DNA from: Snowella sp.
Lineage (GTDB): Bacteria > Cyanobacteriota > Cyanobacteriia > Cyanobacteriales > Microcystaceae
Direction of reading: 5' to 3'
Length of the DNA: 62,540 bases
Assembly: GCA_035285545.1 (NCBI GenBank)
Contig: JAYKGY010000005.1
Coordinates: 1 to 62,540, forward strand
A program made the translations under genes and the position numbers. The first letter of the stretch is position 1, and each line of letters begins with the position of its first letter. The notes below the pieces were generated by a model, which did not search any database, was not told where the DNA came from, and saw only the letters and a list, made by a program, of their open reading frames with translations. Shown here one piece after another: positions 20,842-30,440 of the stretch.

Positions 20842-22356
20842 TTAATTGCCAAAAATAATCTCTCCCTGTTTCAGGGCAATTAATCGCAATTTTAAAGGCC
20901 CCACTGTGTAGCTATCCGAGGCGGCAACCAGCCGAATCTCATCCGGTCGATTATCGGTTGTGCTGATCTCTTCAATAAATTTAATCAGCGTTTTAATGCG
21001 GCCATCCTCCACTTGAACCCCGCCTAAAACCCCTTCTCGACGGGCACGGAATTGGGCGGCGGACAGAATTAAATCTAAACGTTTTTGAATGTCCTCTTCA
21101 CTAAAATTGGAATTATCCATTGAAATAGTCGCTATTGTTGTATTTTCGGGAAAAATTAACTTATTAGGGGCGACATCGGCAAAAACCCGAATTTCCGTTT
21201 CTCCTTGGACGTAGTTGCCAGCCGAAATAATCCGCACCACGAAGTCTTCCCCGTTTTGTAATTGGTTACCGAGTTGTTCCACTTGAGCCTTGGTGATTTT
21301 TACCAGTGGCTGTTGAGGGATCGGGCTATTGGGGGGCAGAACCGATTGAATGGCGACTTTATTGGCTTGTCGTAAGAGTTCATCGATCGCTTCGCTAATT
21401 CCTTGGGGATCAACCACCCGTAACGCCGCAAAAGCCAACACCTGACCTCGAATCAGGGCAATTCTACGCTCTCGGAGATCTTGATAGTTTTGATAGTACT
21501 GTTCTAAGATCTGAACTTCTCGGCTGAGGTAATTTAATTGATTTTCTAAGTCTTTGAGTTTCGTTTCTCGAACCCTTAGATTGTCATCTTTGAGTGCGAT
21601 CGCCAAATCCAGTTCATCAATCCGACTATCCCGTGCATTAATTTCAGCCTGTAACTTTTGCCGTTGGGATTCTAGGGTTTTACGTTGGGATTCTAACGCT
21701 TGGAAACGTTTTTCCAAATCCTGTAAACGGACTTGACGTTGGGCCAAAATTTTATCCTGAGCCTCAATTCTTGCCTCTCGTTTCTTCAATTCTTCGTCCC
21801 TAAGTCGCACTTGATTTTGTAGGGTTGTGGTTTCTTGAGCCAAGCGTTGCCGTTGAGCCACTAATTCCCCCCGTTCTTTTAACAAAAGGGAAACGTCAGA
21901 TTGGAGCTTTTGGGCTTGTACCGAAGCTTGCTTTAATTTTGCCAAGGCACGATTGTAGTTATCATTAATTTGCTTACTCCGCTTTTGGATCGCTGCTTGC
22001 TTAATTTGTGACTCTCTTTCTTGAATTCTGGCTTTTTTTAACTTTTCTTCAATTTCGGCTTTCTCGGTTCTGGCTTTTTCTAAATCAGATTGGGCGAGCC
22101 TGGACTGTTTCAAGATATCATCTAGTCTAAAAATTCCCTCTCGTAAGGACTTACTAAAGGTAAATAAAACGCCTAAGGTCGAAGCCGCGATCAAAGTTCC
22201 CGTTAAAACAGTTAAAACAATGGCCGTTTGCCGAGGACGGAGATCAAATAGCCGCAATTTGGCTTTCCCGACTTTGCTTCCCAGGTGATCTCCCAGGGCC
22301 GCGATTAACCCCCCCAAGATTAACACGGCGAAAATCAGGATATACGCACTCGTCAT
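20842..22356 (-). CDS. DUF3084 coiled-coil membrane protein
   Basis: GGLIAALGDHLGSKVGKAKLRLFDLRPRQTA N-terminus and a long coiled coil; downstream of ntcA. Confidence 0.88.
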   Translation of the reverse strand: MTSAYILIFAVLILGGLIAALGDHLGSKVGKAKLRLFDLRPRQTAIVLTVLTGTLIAASTLGVLFTFSKSLREGIFRLDDILKQSRLAQSDLEKARTEKAEIEEKLKKARIQERESQIKQAAIQKRSKQINDNYNRALAKLKQASVQAQKLQSDVSLLLKERGELVAQRQRLAQETTTLQNQVRLRDEELKKREARIEAQDKILAQRQVRLQDLEKRFQALESQRKTLESQRQKLQAEINARDSRIDELDLAIALKDDNLRVRETKLKDLENQLNYLSREVQILEQYYQNYQDLRERRIALIRGQVLAFAALRVVDPQGISEAIDELLRQANKVAIQSVLPPNSPIPQQPLVKITKAQVEQLGNQLQNGEDFVVRIISAGNYVQGETEIRVFADVAPNKLIFPENTTIATISMDNSNFSEEDIQKRLDLILSAAQFRARREGVLGGVQVEDGRIKTLIKFIEEISTTDNRPDEIRLVAASDSYTVGPLKLRLIALKQGEIIFGN

Positions 22357-22365
22357 ATTTGAGGT

Positions 22366-23043
22366 CTAGGTAAATTGTTGGCTGAGCGCAACGGGATTAT
22401 GAACGGTAATCTTTTTCTTGTGAATAGAAATCATATTCCCTTCTCGGAGATCCCCCAACAAACGGGTCACGGTGACTCGTGTTGAACCAATCGCTTCGGC
22501 GATCGCCTGATGGGAAAGTTTTAAATCAATGCGAATCCCTTCTGGAGTCGGAACGCCAAAATCCCGACATAGAATTAACAGAAAACTGACTAACCGTGAT
22601 CCCATATCTCGATGGGCCAAGGTTTCGATCATCATTTCCGTTTGCAGAATCCGAGAAGATAACCCCTGTAACATTAGCATAGCTAAATCAGGATGTTCTT
22701 TGAGAGCTTGTTCTACCTGTTCAATGGGCGCGGAGAGTAATTCAACGGGGGTAAAGGCCACCGCATGGTAGAAGCGATCAGAGCGTTGACCTGTAATCAG
22801 CGAAAGAACACCAAAAACGCTGTTTTCTCGTAACAATGCTACCGTAATTTCTTCCCCCGCTTCATAAACACGGGAAAGCTTCACGGCTCCTTTCAGTAAA
22901 AAATAGACTCTTTCAGCAGGATCACCCGGAAAGAAAATCGTTTTACTGCGATCAAAACTTTCAACAACGGGCGGAAAAGATGAGTTGCCGAGGCGGCGGA
23001 AAACGGCCGTTAGGGGTTTATCTTGGGTAAGGGACTGATCCAT
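22366..23043 (-). CDS. ntcA: Global nitrogen regulator NtcA
   Basis: [25 protein letters not shown] and [23 protein letters not shown]. Confidence 0.98.
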   Translation of the reverse strand: MDQSLTQDKPLTAVFRRLGNSSFPPVVESFDRSKTIFFPGDPAERVYFLLKGAVKLSRVYEAGEEITVALLRENSVFGVLSLITGQRSDRFYHAVAFTPVELLSAPIEQVEQALKEHPDLAMLMLQGLSSRILQTEMMIETLAHRDMGSRLVSFLLILCRDFGVPTPEGIRIDLKLSHQAIAEAIGSTRVTVTRLLGDLREGNMISIHKKKITVHNPVALSQQFT

Positions 23044-23093
23044 TAACGTCTAAAGGATAGGGCGGAAGGGCAATTTGCCATTTCTGTATCATG

Positions 23094-23121
23094 ATTATAC
23101 ACAATGTCGATTTTCTGTCAC
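23094..23121 (-). promoter_or_regulatory. Candidate sigma70-type promoter of ntcA
   Basis: Minus strand GTGACA-N16-TATAAT, about 50 nt upstream of the ATG. Confidence 0.45.
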
Positions 23122-23292
23122 TTTATTTACGGATGTTTTAATCTTTAGTGGGAGTCTGAATTTACTTCGATTGCCGATCCTTGAGTTTCCCCAGGAACGG
23201 AGGAGGGCTAGACAGGAGGTTAAAAACCAGGTCATTATTAAAGTTATTGACCACCCTAATCATGAGCAGATTGGGCCTTTAACCGCTTTACC

Positions 23293-24387
23293 ATGTCCTC
23301 TATTCACCTGCTAGAACTGCAAAATCCTTATCCTGATTGTGTTTCCCTCAATCTCAATGGAATGCTTGATTCCTCTGGTTCAGCGATCGCGCTGTCTCTT
23401 ACCCTGAGTTGTCAGGAACAATGGAAAACGCTGCTAGCAGGACGGGTTAAATTTGGAATCCGCGCCGGTTGGTTTCGGGTAAAAATTCAGGGGGGAGAGT
23501 TTGTCCCTCACAATCTGACCGATAGCGATCCCTATGAGTTGATCAGTATTCATCATCAGGAAGTGTGCTGGAAGTTCACTGCCCCGTTGGGTCAATCGTT
23601 GTTAACCCTCAACAATCAAGAATTTCCCTTAGGATCTTTGAGCTTGGGCCAGTCCCCTGGTTATTTAAAAGGCAGATGGGAGATTAACGTTGCCGATCTG
23701 GTCATTACGGATGCAGAAGGTCTATGGCGGCACGATCTGACTCCCATTAAATACGGCATTTTGGAGCGTGTCTTAGCCCGTTTTTTGGTGCAACAATACC
23801 TACAACCGATTAGTGCCATTCAATTAGCCCTGGGCGATTCTCCCTTGCAAGAAACTCAACCTTTAGCGCGATCGCCAGAACCCAATCCAGAAAGTCTAGC
23901 CGCCCTTGGCGATCTCATTGAAACCATTTATCAGGCTGACAGCCAAAACCTCGCAGAATTAGCCCAAATAGCCAATTTAAATCCTAAAACCGATTTAGCT
24001 GGAGGCAATTTTTTAGGTGCTAATTTAAGTGGAGTGGAGTTAAATAACGCGAACTTAGCCCATACCAACTTTCGAGGAGCCATTCTCACTGATGCGGATC
24101 TGAGCGAAGCCAATCTCAGCTATACCAATTTCAGCGGTGCCGATCTCAGTGGTGCCTACTTAGAAAGTGCAAATTTACGCTATGCCGATTTTCACAAAGG
24201 AAGTTTAGCCCTGACGAATCTGATTAGTACGGATTTATGTCATGCCAATTTATGTCAGACGACCATTACCCATGCCAACTTCAGTGGGGCAACCGTGGCC
24301 CAAACAACCTTTAGTCAGAATGCGGGAATGACGGAAGAACTGCAACAAAGCCTACAGGCACGGGGGGCAAAGTTTTTGACGGATTGA
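23293..24387 (+). CDS. Pentapeptide repeat protein
   Basis: C-terminal A(N/D)LSG-type pentapeptide repeats. Confidence 0.88.
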   Translation: MSSIHLLELQNPYPDCVSLNLNGMLDSSGSAIALSLTLSCQEQWKTLLAGRVKFGIRAGWFRVKIQGGEFVPHNLTDSDPYELISIHHQEVCWKFTAPLGQSLLTLNNQEFPLGSLSLGQSPGYLKGRWEINVADLVITDAEGLWRHDLTPIKYGILERVLARFLVQQYLQPISAIQLALGDSPLQETQPLARSPEPNPESLAALGDLIETIYQADSQNLAELAQIANLNPKTDLAGGNFLGANLSGVELNNANLAHTNFRGAILTDADLSEANLSYTNFSGADLSGAYLESANLRYADFHKGSLALTNLISTDLCHANLCQTTITHANFSGATVAQTTFSQNAGMTEELQQSLQARGAKFLTD

Positions 24388-24419
24388 TAAAAATAAGTGT
24401 TATGCTATGAATGGTTTGT

Positions 24420-24492
24420 GGACACGTAGCTCAGTGGATAGAGCATCAGGTTCCGGTCCTGAGGGTCGGGGGTTCGAATCCCTCCGTGTTCG
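24420..24492 (+). tRNA. tRNA-Arg(CCG)
   Basis: Cloverleaf: acceptor GGACACG/CGTGTTC, D-arm GCTC/GAGC, anticodon arm TCAGG-TTCCGGT-CCTGA, T-loop TTCGAAT. CCA not encoded. Confidence 0.96.
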
Positions 24493-24513
24493 TTGAGTTG
24501 ATAGGGGTTCATT

Positions 24514-25332
24514 TTGGATATTCGCTTACTCGTCCTGGATATCGATGGCACAACGGCAGGGAAAAGCAATGCGGTTCGTGACCCTATCAAAGCGGCGATT
24601 CGAGAAGTCCAATCCCAAGGAATTCAAGTTGCCCTAGCGACGGGGCGCATGTACTGTTCGGCTCTGCCCTATTATCGCAGTGTGGATTCTTTCCTTCCGT
24701 TGATTGCCTACAATGGCGCGGTCATTAAAGATCCCCAATCGGACAAAACCTATCAGGAATTCTGCGTTGCCCCTGAGATCGCGATCGCGCTGTTGGACTA
24801 TTTAGAAACCCCGGATCTACGCCCCCGCTTAGAGGTTCACTGTTATTACAACGATCAATTGTATGTTCGGGAAATTACCGCAGAAACCCAACGCTATATT
24901 GCCCGCTCCGGTGCGATTCCCCTCGTTGTTCCTGATTTACGCGCCATTGCCGAATTATCCAGTATTAAGCTTTTGGTGATTACCCCAGAAACGGATTTGA
25001 TTCAACACTTGATGCTCGATCTCGGCGATCGCTTTAGCAAAGACGACCTCCATATTACCCAATCGACTGAAATCTATCTAGAACTCACCCATCCTCTCGC
25101 CAATAAAGGGTCAGCAGTCCGCTATCTCACAGAAGAAATCCTGGGTTTAACATCTCAGCAAGTGATGGCCATTGGGGATAATTTCAATGATGTGGAAATG
25201 TTACGTTATGCCCAAATTGGCGTGGCCATGGGCAATGCCCCCGAAGACGTTAAACAGGTTGCGGATTGGGTCACGGATGATGTTGAAGCCGATGGGGTCG
25301 CGATCGCGATTCAAAAGTTTTTGTTGTCTTAG
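24514..25332 (+). CDS. Cof-type HAD-IIB hydrolase
   Basis: LDIDGT, LATGR, NKGSA, AIGDNFNDVEM, GVAMGNA. Confidence 0.92.
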   Translation: MDIRLLVLDIDGTTAGKSNAVRDPIKAAIREVQSQGIQVALATGRMYCSALPYYRSVDSFLPLIAYNGAVIKDPQSDKTYQEFCVAPEIAIALLDYLETPDLRPRLEVHCYYNDQLYVREITAETQRYIARSGAIPLVVPDLRAIAELSSIKLLVITPETDLIQHLMLDLGDRFSKDDLHITQSTEIYLELTHPLANKGSAVRYLTEEILGLTSQQVMAIGDNFNDVEMLRYAQIGVAMGNAPEDVKQVADWVTDDVEADGVAIAIQKFLLS

Positions 25333-25420
25333 CTATTTAAGAAATGGGATCAATTTTTGATTCCTTAAACAATTTTCCGCCAATTCATCCAGATATGTTA
25401 GGATAGATAAGCTATTTTTA

Positions 25421-25494
25421 CGGGATGTAGCGCAGCTTGGTAGCGCACTTCGTTCGGGACGAAGGGGCCGCAGGTTCAAATCCTGTCATCCCGA
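25421..25494 (+). tRNA. tRNA-Pro(CGG)
   Basis: Acceptor CGGGATG/CATCCCG, D-arm GCGC/GCGC, anticodon arm CTTCG-TTCGGGA-CGAAG, T-loop TTCAAAT. Confidence 0.96.
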
Positions 25495-28400
25495 TTGACT
25501 AACCAGGTAAACCGAAAAGTAGAGCCTTTTCCAACTTCTGATGCGACAGAAATCGTACCGCCTTCAGTTTCTAGAATTTTCTTAACAATGGTTAGACCGA
25601 TTCCCGTACTGGTAGGGTTATCGCTAGCTTTAAGGGTTTGAAAAATCTTAAAAATTCGCTCATGGTGTTGGGGAGAAATGCCTGGCCCATCATCTTGAAC
25701 GCTGAATTCATAATATTGACCCAAATCTTGGGCCCTAATATTAATATGTCCGTCAGCACGATGGTGATGCTTAATGGCATTACTAATCAGGTTGGTAAAA
25801 ACTTGGGTTAAGGGTAAACGTTTCGTCAGCAAGGTGGGCATGTCCTCCCCAATCGAGATCGTAAAAGTGGAGGGGGGAGCGATAGAGTCAACAATTTCTC
25901 CGAGTAAGTCTTGGATGGCGATTGGTTCAGGGGTGGTTTCCCAGCGTCCGATGCGAGAATACTCTAATAATCCATCGATGAGGTGAACCATTTTATAGAC
26001 CCGACCGCGCAGTAGATTCATCTGGCGTTGATTGTCCGGGTTTAGGCGATCGCCGAGGTCTTCTTCGAGCCATTCCGAGAGATTGATAATTGCTCTGAGA
26101 GGAGCCTTGAGGTCGTGGGATACGGCATAAACAAAGCAGTCTAGTTCTTGATTTCGTTGGGTTAAAAGATTGGTTGCTTCTTTGAGGGTGTGGTTTAACT
26201 GTTCTAGGTCACGGGCTTGCTGCTGGAGTTGGGCTTCTGCTTGTTTGCGATCGGTAATATCATGAACGACACCAATCATTCCCGTTGCCTGTCCCCTATC
26301 GTCATACCTAGCCCGTCCCTTCGCGGATACCCAATATTCCTGGCTGTCACTCAAACGAATAACGCGATATTCAATATCATAATCACAGCGATCGCGGAGG
26401 GATTGCTCTACGGCAATTTTGGCTTGCTGCCGATCAACGGGATTCAGTTGTTGGAGTATGGCTGTCCAGGTCGTCTCCTGATTCGGCAAAATTCCGAAAA
26501 TCTCTGATCCCCGTTCTGAAAAAATAACGCTATCCGTATGGGCATCCCAACTCCAATAGCCCATTTTGGCCGCCGATAGAGAGAGGGCTAAACTGTCGGC
26601 GGTTTCTCGTAGGTGTTCTTCTGCTGATTTCCGATCCGTAATATCCTGAGCAATTCCGACCATCCGTAATGGTTGCCCATCGTCATCGTACAGGATTTGC
26701 CCTTTCGTTTGGAACCAGCGTTGACCCTGGGGATGGAGAACCCGGAAACGAACATTAATTTCTCCAGTGTGTAAGGCTTCTTGGGCCTGCTGATCCGCGA
26801 TCGCGCGATCTCTAGGATCAATACAATGGAGCCAATTGTCATAACTAGGAGTCACGGTTTTGGGATCAAGCCCATAGAGCGGATAATATTCCTCTGACCA
26901 AATCACTTTGTTGGTGGAGGGTTCCCAACTCCATGCGCCTGCACCCGCAGCAGTCAAGGCTAATTTTAAGAGAGATTGCTGTTCCCGTGCGCCTTGTTCT
27001 TCCTGTTTTCGTTCGGTGATATCTTCGGCAATTCCGGCGATTCGGTGCGTTTGACCGTCAGCTTCTCGGATAGCATAGCCGCGATCGCGAATCCAACGAA
27101 CGGAGCCATCAGGACGAATGATTCGATACTCAACGATATTGTAGCCATGATCTAGACATTTCCCAGTGGCAGCCTTAACAATCGGTCGATCATCGGGATG
27201 AATGCTTTCTAGCCAAATATTAGTATTCCCCTGTAAATTTGCTGCTGAGCGGCCCCAAACTTTTTCGTAAGCAGGACTAACATAAATAATTTGAGAACGA
27301 ACCACATCCGTCATCCAAAAAACATCGGGAATGGCTTCGGCCATACAGCGAAACTTTTCTTCGCTCTGTTTGAGGGCTTGCTCCACATGCTTGCGTTCGG
27401 TGATATCTCGAAAGAAAATTCCCAAACCACTTTCAGACGGATAGGCATGAACCTCTAACCACATATCCAACGGATCATACAAAAACTCGAAATGAACGGG
27501 TTGTTTCTCCTGTTGTGCTTTTTGGTAATTGCGCTCGACGATACTCCCGATTGACCACGGCCACATTTCTCCAAGTTTTTTACCAATAATATGGTCAACC
27601 GTCACATCATTTAATCTTGCCGTCTCTTGGTTGGCGTAGGTGATTCGCCAATCTTGGTCAAGGGTAATGAACGCATCTGTCATTCCGTCAAGAATGGTTG
27701 TCAAGCGATCATTCGTTTCCTGTAATTGCTGCTCAAGCTGCCGCCGTTCCGTAATATCAGCAGCAACACCGACTAGTCCAACAATATCTCCTTTTCCATC
27801 GCGGTAGGGCATTTTAATAGACAAATAGGCGCGCTTATCTCCATTTTCTGAATCTTCGACAAATTCTTCACAGACCAATATCTGTCCCGTATCCATGACG
27901 TACCGATCATTAACCCGGATTTGCTCTGCATACTCAGGATTCGGAATATATTCAAACTCGGTTTTGCCAAGCAACTCTTCTTCGTTAAAACCCAGTAAAC
28001 GTAAAGTTGCCGCATTAACTTTGAGGAGCCGTCCCTGTAGATCTTTCGCAAAAATTAATACGGTCGTCGATTCGTCGAGGGTATTAAAAACGACGTTACT
28101 ATCCTGTAAAGCATTGGAAGACTTTGGGTGTCCTCCTAATTCTGACAGGAGTAGGGTAACGGCATAGGGATGAGTGGTTTTTCCCTGAAATAAGGGACGA
28201 GTATCGATGGAAAGCCATACAAGATTACCGTTGGGTTGCTCAATTCCCATCATCACCTTTTCTCGCGATCGCCCATCTTGAAGGGTTAAACGGGCAGGAT
28301 GCTCATCGGCGGTAAATGGGAAACCATTTTGATGAATTGCCTTCCAATTTGGCGTTAAATTAAACCAATCTGTGATTTGTTCTGGTGATGTGCCAAGAAT

Positions 28401-28541
28401 GGATTCTGCTTCAGGATCTTGTGCTAAAAGACTACCATCAGCCAAGAAAAGCAGGGTTCCTTTGCGGATAGTTTCGGGTAGTATCGGTTCTGAATGCTTA
28501 CCGTTACGATTGTTTAAAATAACCGGTTTATCCGCTTGCAT
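25476..28541 (-). CDS. Multi-PAS sensor histidine kinase
   Basis: About six PAS/PAC units (DITER/DITDR linkers), H-box VSHDLKAPL, N-box NLISNAIK, DDGPG, GIGL. Confidence 0.93.
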   Translation of the reverse strand: MQADKPVILNNRNGKHSEPILPETIRKGTLLFLADGSLLAQDPEAESILGTSPEQITDWFNLTPNWKAIHQNGFPFTADEHPARLTLQDGRSREKVMMGIEQPNGNLVWLSIDTRPLFQGKTTHPYAVTLLLSELGGHPKSSNALQDSNVVFNTLDESTTVLIFAKDLQGRLLKVNAATLRLLGFNEEELLGKTEFEYIPNPEYAEQIRVNDRYVMDTGQILVCEEFVEDSENGDKRAYLSIKMPYRDGKGDIVGLVGVAADITERRQLEQQLQETNDRLTTILDGMTDAFITLDQDWRITYANQETARLNDVTVDHIIGKKLGEMWPWSIGSIVERNYQKAQQEKQPVHFEFLYDPLDMWLEVHAYPSESGLGIFFRDITERKHVEQALKQSEEKFRCMAEAIPDVFWMTDVVRSQIIYVSPAYEKVWGRSAANLQGNTNIWLESIHPDDRPIVKAATGKCLDHGYNIVEYRIIRPDGSVRWIRDRGYAIREADGQTHRIAGIAEDITERKQEEQGAREQQSLLKLALTAAGAGAWSWEPSTNKVIWSEEYYPLYGLDPKTVTPSYDNWLHCIDPRDRAIADQQAQEALHTGEINVRFRVLHPQGQRWFQTKGQILYDDDGQPLRMVGIAQDITDRKSAEEHLRETADSLALSLSAAKMGYWSWDAHTDSVIFSERGSEIFGILPNQETTWTAILQQLNPVDRQQAKIAVEQSLRDRCDYDIEYRVIRLSDSQEYWVSAKGRARYDDRGQATGMIGVVHDITDRKQAEAQLQQQARDLEQLNHTLKEATNLLTQRNQELDCFVYAVSHDLKAPLRAIINLSEWLEEDLGDRLNPDNQRQMNLLRGRVYKMVHLIDGLLEYSRIGRWETTPEPIAIQDLLGEIVDSIAPPSTFTISIGEDMPTLLTKRLPLTQVFTNLISNAIKHHHRADGHINIRAQDLGQYYEFSVQDDGPGISPQHHERIFKIFQTLKASDNPTSTGIGLTIVKKILETEGGTISVASEVGKGSTFRFTWLVNRDDRI

Positions 28542-28863
28542 GTTTCTTGATTATCAGTCAATATGCCAGTTTAAATTAAATAAAGACTCAATTGTGGAGA
28601 TTTCTAGATTTTTTGAATTAAATATTGCCCTACTAGATAGAAGCCGCGATCGCAGTTTAACGCTCAGGTCAGAGAAGAGGGATCTATCTCAAGGGAGAGA
28701 AAGGGGCAATTCGCCCCAAGCCATTAGTTTTTTCTATGAATAAGATGATTTTAGCTAATTTTTAGACAACAGATTGTTCCCGTTAAAGTAATACCGTTAT
28801 CCCCAAGCTTTCTAAGGGTTGATTGATTCTATTTATTGCGATCGCTTCATCCATTGAGAAGCC

Positions 28864-29382
28864 TCATTTTTGGGGAGAGCTAGCCTTCAATTGAGCTAAA
28901 TTTTTTTTAAATACTTGAATATTTACATTTTCTTGCGTCGGTTCTGTTCCTAAAACATTTTGAGCTAGACCTAAGTAAATCGGCTGAGAAATACCCTGTT
29001 TGGGATGCAACATCGTTCTGGCCCGAATCGTGAATTTATTATCTCCCCCCTGGGCCCCGCGACCGTAAGAAAAATAATCGTTAGAAGCCTGTAACAAGGT
29101 TGCTCTTAACTCCGTTTCCGTAATCGTAGGAGGAACTGAAATCACGACCTGATTGGCTCCATTATCGTAAACACGCAATGCTCGCACAGCCCCCGGAATT
29201 TCGGTACGGCTAAACAGCCCCAAGCTTAAGCCAAACAGCCCAATGGTCAGAACAGCCATAAATCCCGTAATGCCCACAAAACGAAAACGGACTCCCCATT
29301 TAAAGATAAAGGCAAGGATCGTCAAAACCAAGGCCGCGATCGTGGCATAGGCCGACCACTGAGTATAAGTTGTAAATTCCAT
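28864..29382 (-). CDS. ycf51: Ycf51 family protein (DUF2518)
   Basis: KWGVRFRFVGITGF, VYDNGANQVVI, ATLLQA. Confidence 0.85.
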   Translation of the reverse strand: MEFTTYTQWSAYATIAALVLTILAFIFKWGVRFRFVGITGFMAVLTIGLFGLSLGLFSRTEIPGAVRALRVYDNGANQVVISVPPTITETELRATLLQASNDYFSYGRGAQGGDNKFTIRARTMLHPKQGISQPIYLGLAQNVLGTEPTQENVNIQVFKKNLAQLKASSPQK

Positions 29383-29471
29383 AATTTATGTTAAATAAAT
29401 TTAATCTTAATCAAGATTATCTTAAAAGCCGCTTTTTATTTTGATTTTTATTAATGCAATAAAACTTTTAT

Positions 29472-30068
29472 TTAAATTAATATCAAAGTTTTCTCAAGAT
29501 TGTCCAGATCTGATTGATTTAACTGAGTATCATTAATATAATTTTCATCATCATCTATATTTTGTATCTTTTCAGTTAATCTACTACTATAAAATTCAAC
29601 AGCATTATAAATAAACCATGAAATTAATTCATTGTCATTCCCTGTAAAATTTGTAAGCTCTTCAAATAAAGAATCTGGTAAATATATTGTTACTTTAATC
29701 ATCTTCGATGTCTTTAACAAAGTATCTTGTTGCGTAGAATCAATGTTTGTTTCGCCTAAAGTATGTCTATAAGCTAAATAGAGCGAAATGGCATTTTTCA
29801 TGATTTCCGCCATATTTTTTGCTTGTATTGCAGATAATATTTTAAGATAGCGATGAATTGCTCGAAAAGTATAAAATGTTAGTTTTTTAGTCTGAGAATT
29901 TTTACGCTGAGAACTTAATTCTGTGGTTTGATCTGAATTTATGGTATCTTCTTGAAAATAATTATTATTTTTTAATGTTTCATAAACTAAGTCAGCACTA
30001 CGCTCAGCAATTTTTTTGCGTCTCTCGATTGGTAAATTTTGTAATATGTCAGTTAAATTTTTGGACAT
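29472..30068 (-). CDS. Putative antitoxin: HigA-like N-terminal helix plus two RHH-like segments
   Basis: N-terminus LTDILQNLPIERRKKIAERSADL; directly downstream of a HigB-like toxin; segments KKLTFY..AISLYL and KVTIYLPDSL..AVEFY are RHH-like. Confidence 0.55.
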   Translation of the reverse strand: MSKNLTDILQNLPIERRKKIAERSADLVYETLKNNNYFQEDTINSDQTTELSSQRKNSQTKKLTFYTFRAIHRYLKILSAIQAKNMAEIMKNAISLYLAYRHTLGETNIDSTQQDTLLKTSKMIKVTIYLPDSLFEELTNFTGNDNELISWFIYNAVEFYSSRLTEKIQNIDDDENYINDTQLNQSDLDNLEKTLILI

Positions 30069-30087
30069 AGTAGGAAAAAGATAAGTC

Positions 30088-30435
30088 TTAGAGATTTTCT
30101 AAATGCTCTCGAAAACGCTGATCAGCTTTTCTAATTAGTCGTTTATAAAATTGTTGCTGACTGCCACCTGATTTATCGCCGGCTACTAATAGTATGGCAC
30201 ACCGTTTAGGATCGAAAGCAAACGCTACACGCCAAACACCATCCCTTGTGTTGAACCTTAATTCTTTCATATTAGGATAAGTTGAGCCTTTTAAGGTGTC
30301 CACATGAGGACGGCCCAACTGAGCACCAAAGACTTCTAATAATCGGGAATTAGCTAATAATTCGTCCTGCACATCCTCTGGCAGTTCAGCAAACTCCAGC
30401 ATGAAGGCTTCGTGGAATTCGACACGCCATTCCAT
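30088..30435 (-). CDS. RelE/ParE superfamily toxin (HigB/Gp49-like)
   Basis: LGRPHVDTLKGS.YPNMKELR, WRVAFAFDPKR.AILLVAGDKSG, FYKRLIRKAD.RF. Confidence 0.9.
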   Translation of the reverse strand: MEWRVEFHEAFMLEFAELPEDVQDELLANSRLLEVFGAQLGRPHVDTLKGSTYPNMKELRFNTRDGVWRVAFAFDPKRCAILLVAGDKSGGSQQQFYKRLIRKADQRFREHLENL

Positions 30436-30440
30436 CCCGA

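Noticed and set aside
21660..21700. 21-bp tandem duplication in DUF3084 (ALESQRK/TLESQRQ)
   Set aside because: An in-frame heptad duplication in a coiled coil; ordinary.
23085..23101. NtcA autoregulatory site TGTATCATGATTATACA
   Set aside because: Spacing is GTA-N9-TAC rather than N8, so it is not called as an NtcA box.
24405..24590. 61-aa minus-strand ORF
   Set aside because: Antisense shadow of tRNA-Arg and the start of the HAD gene.
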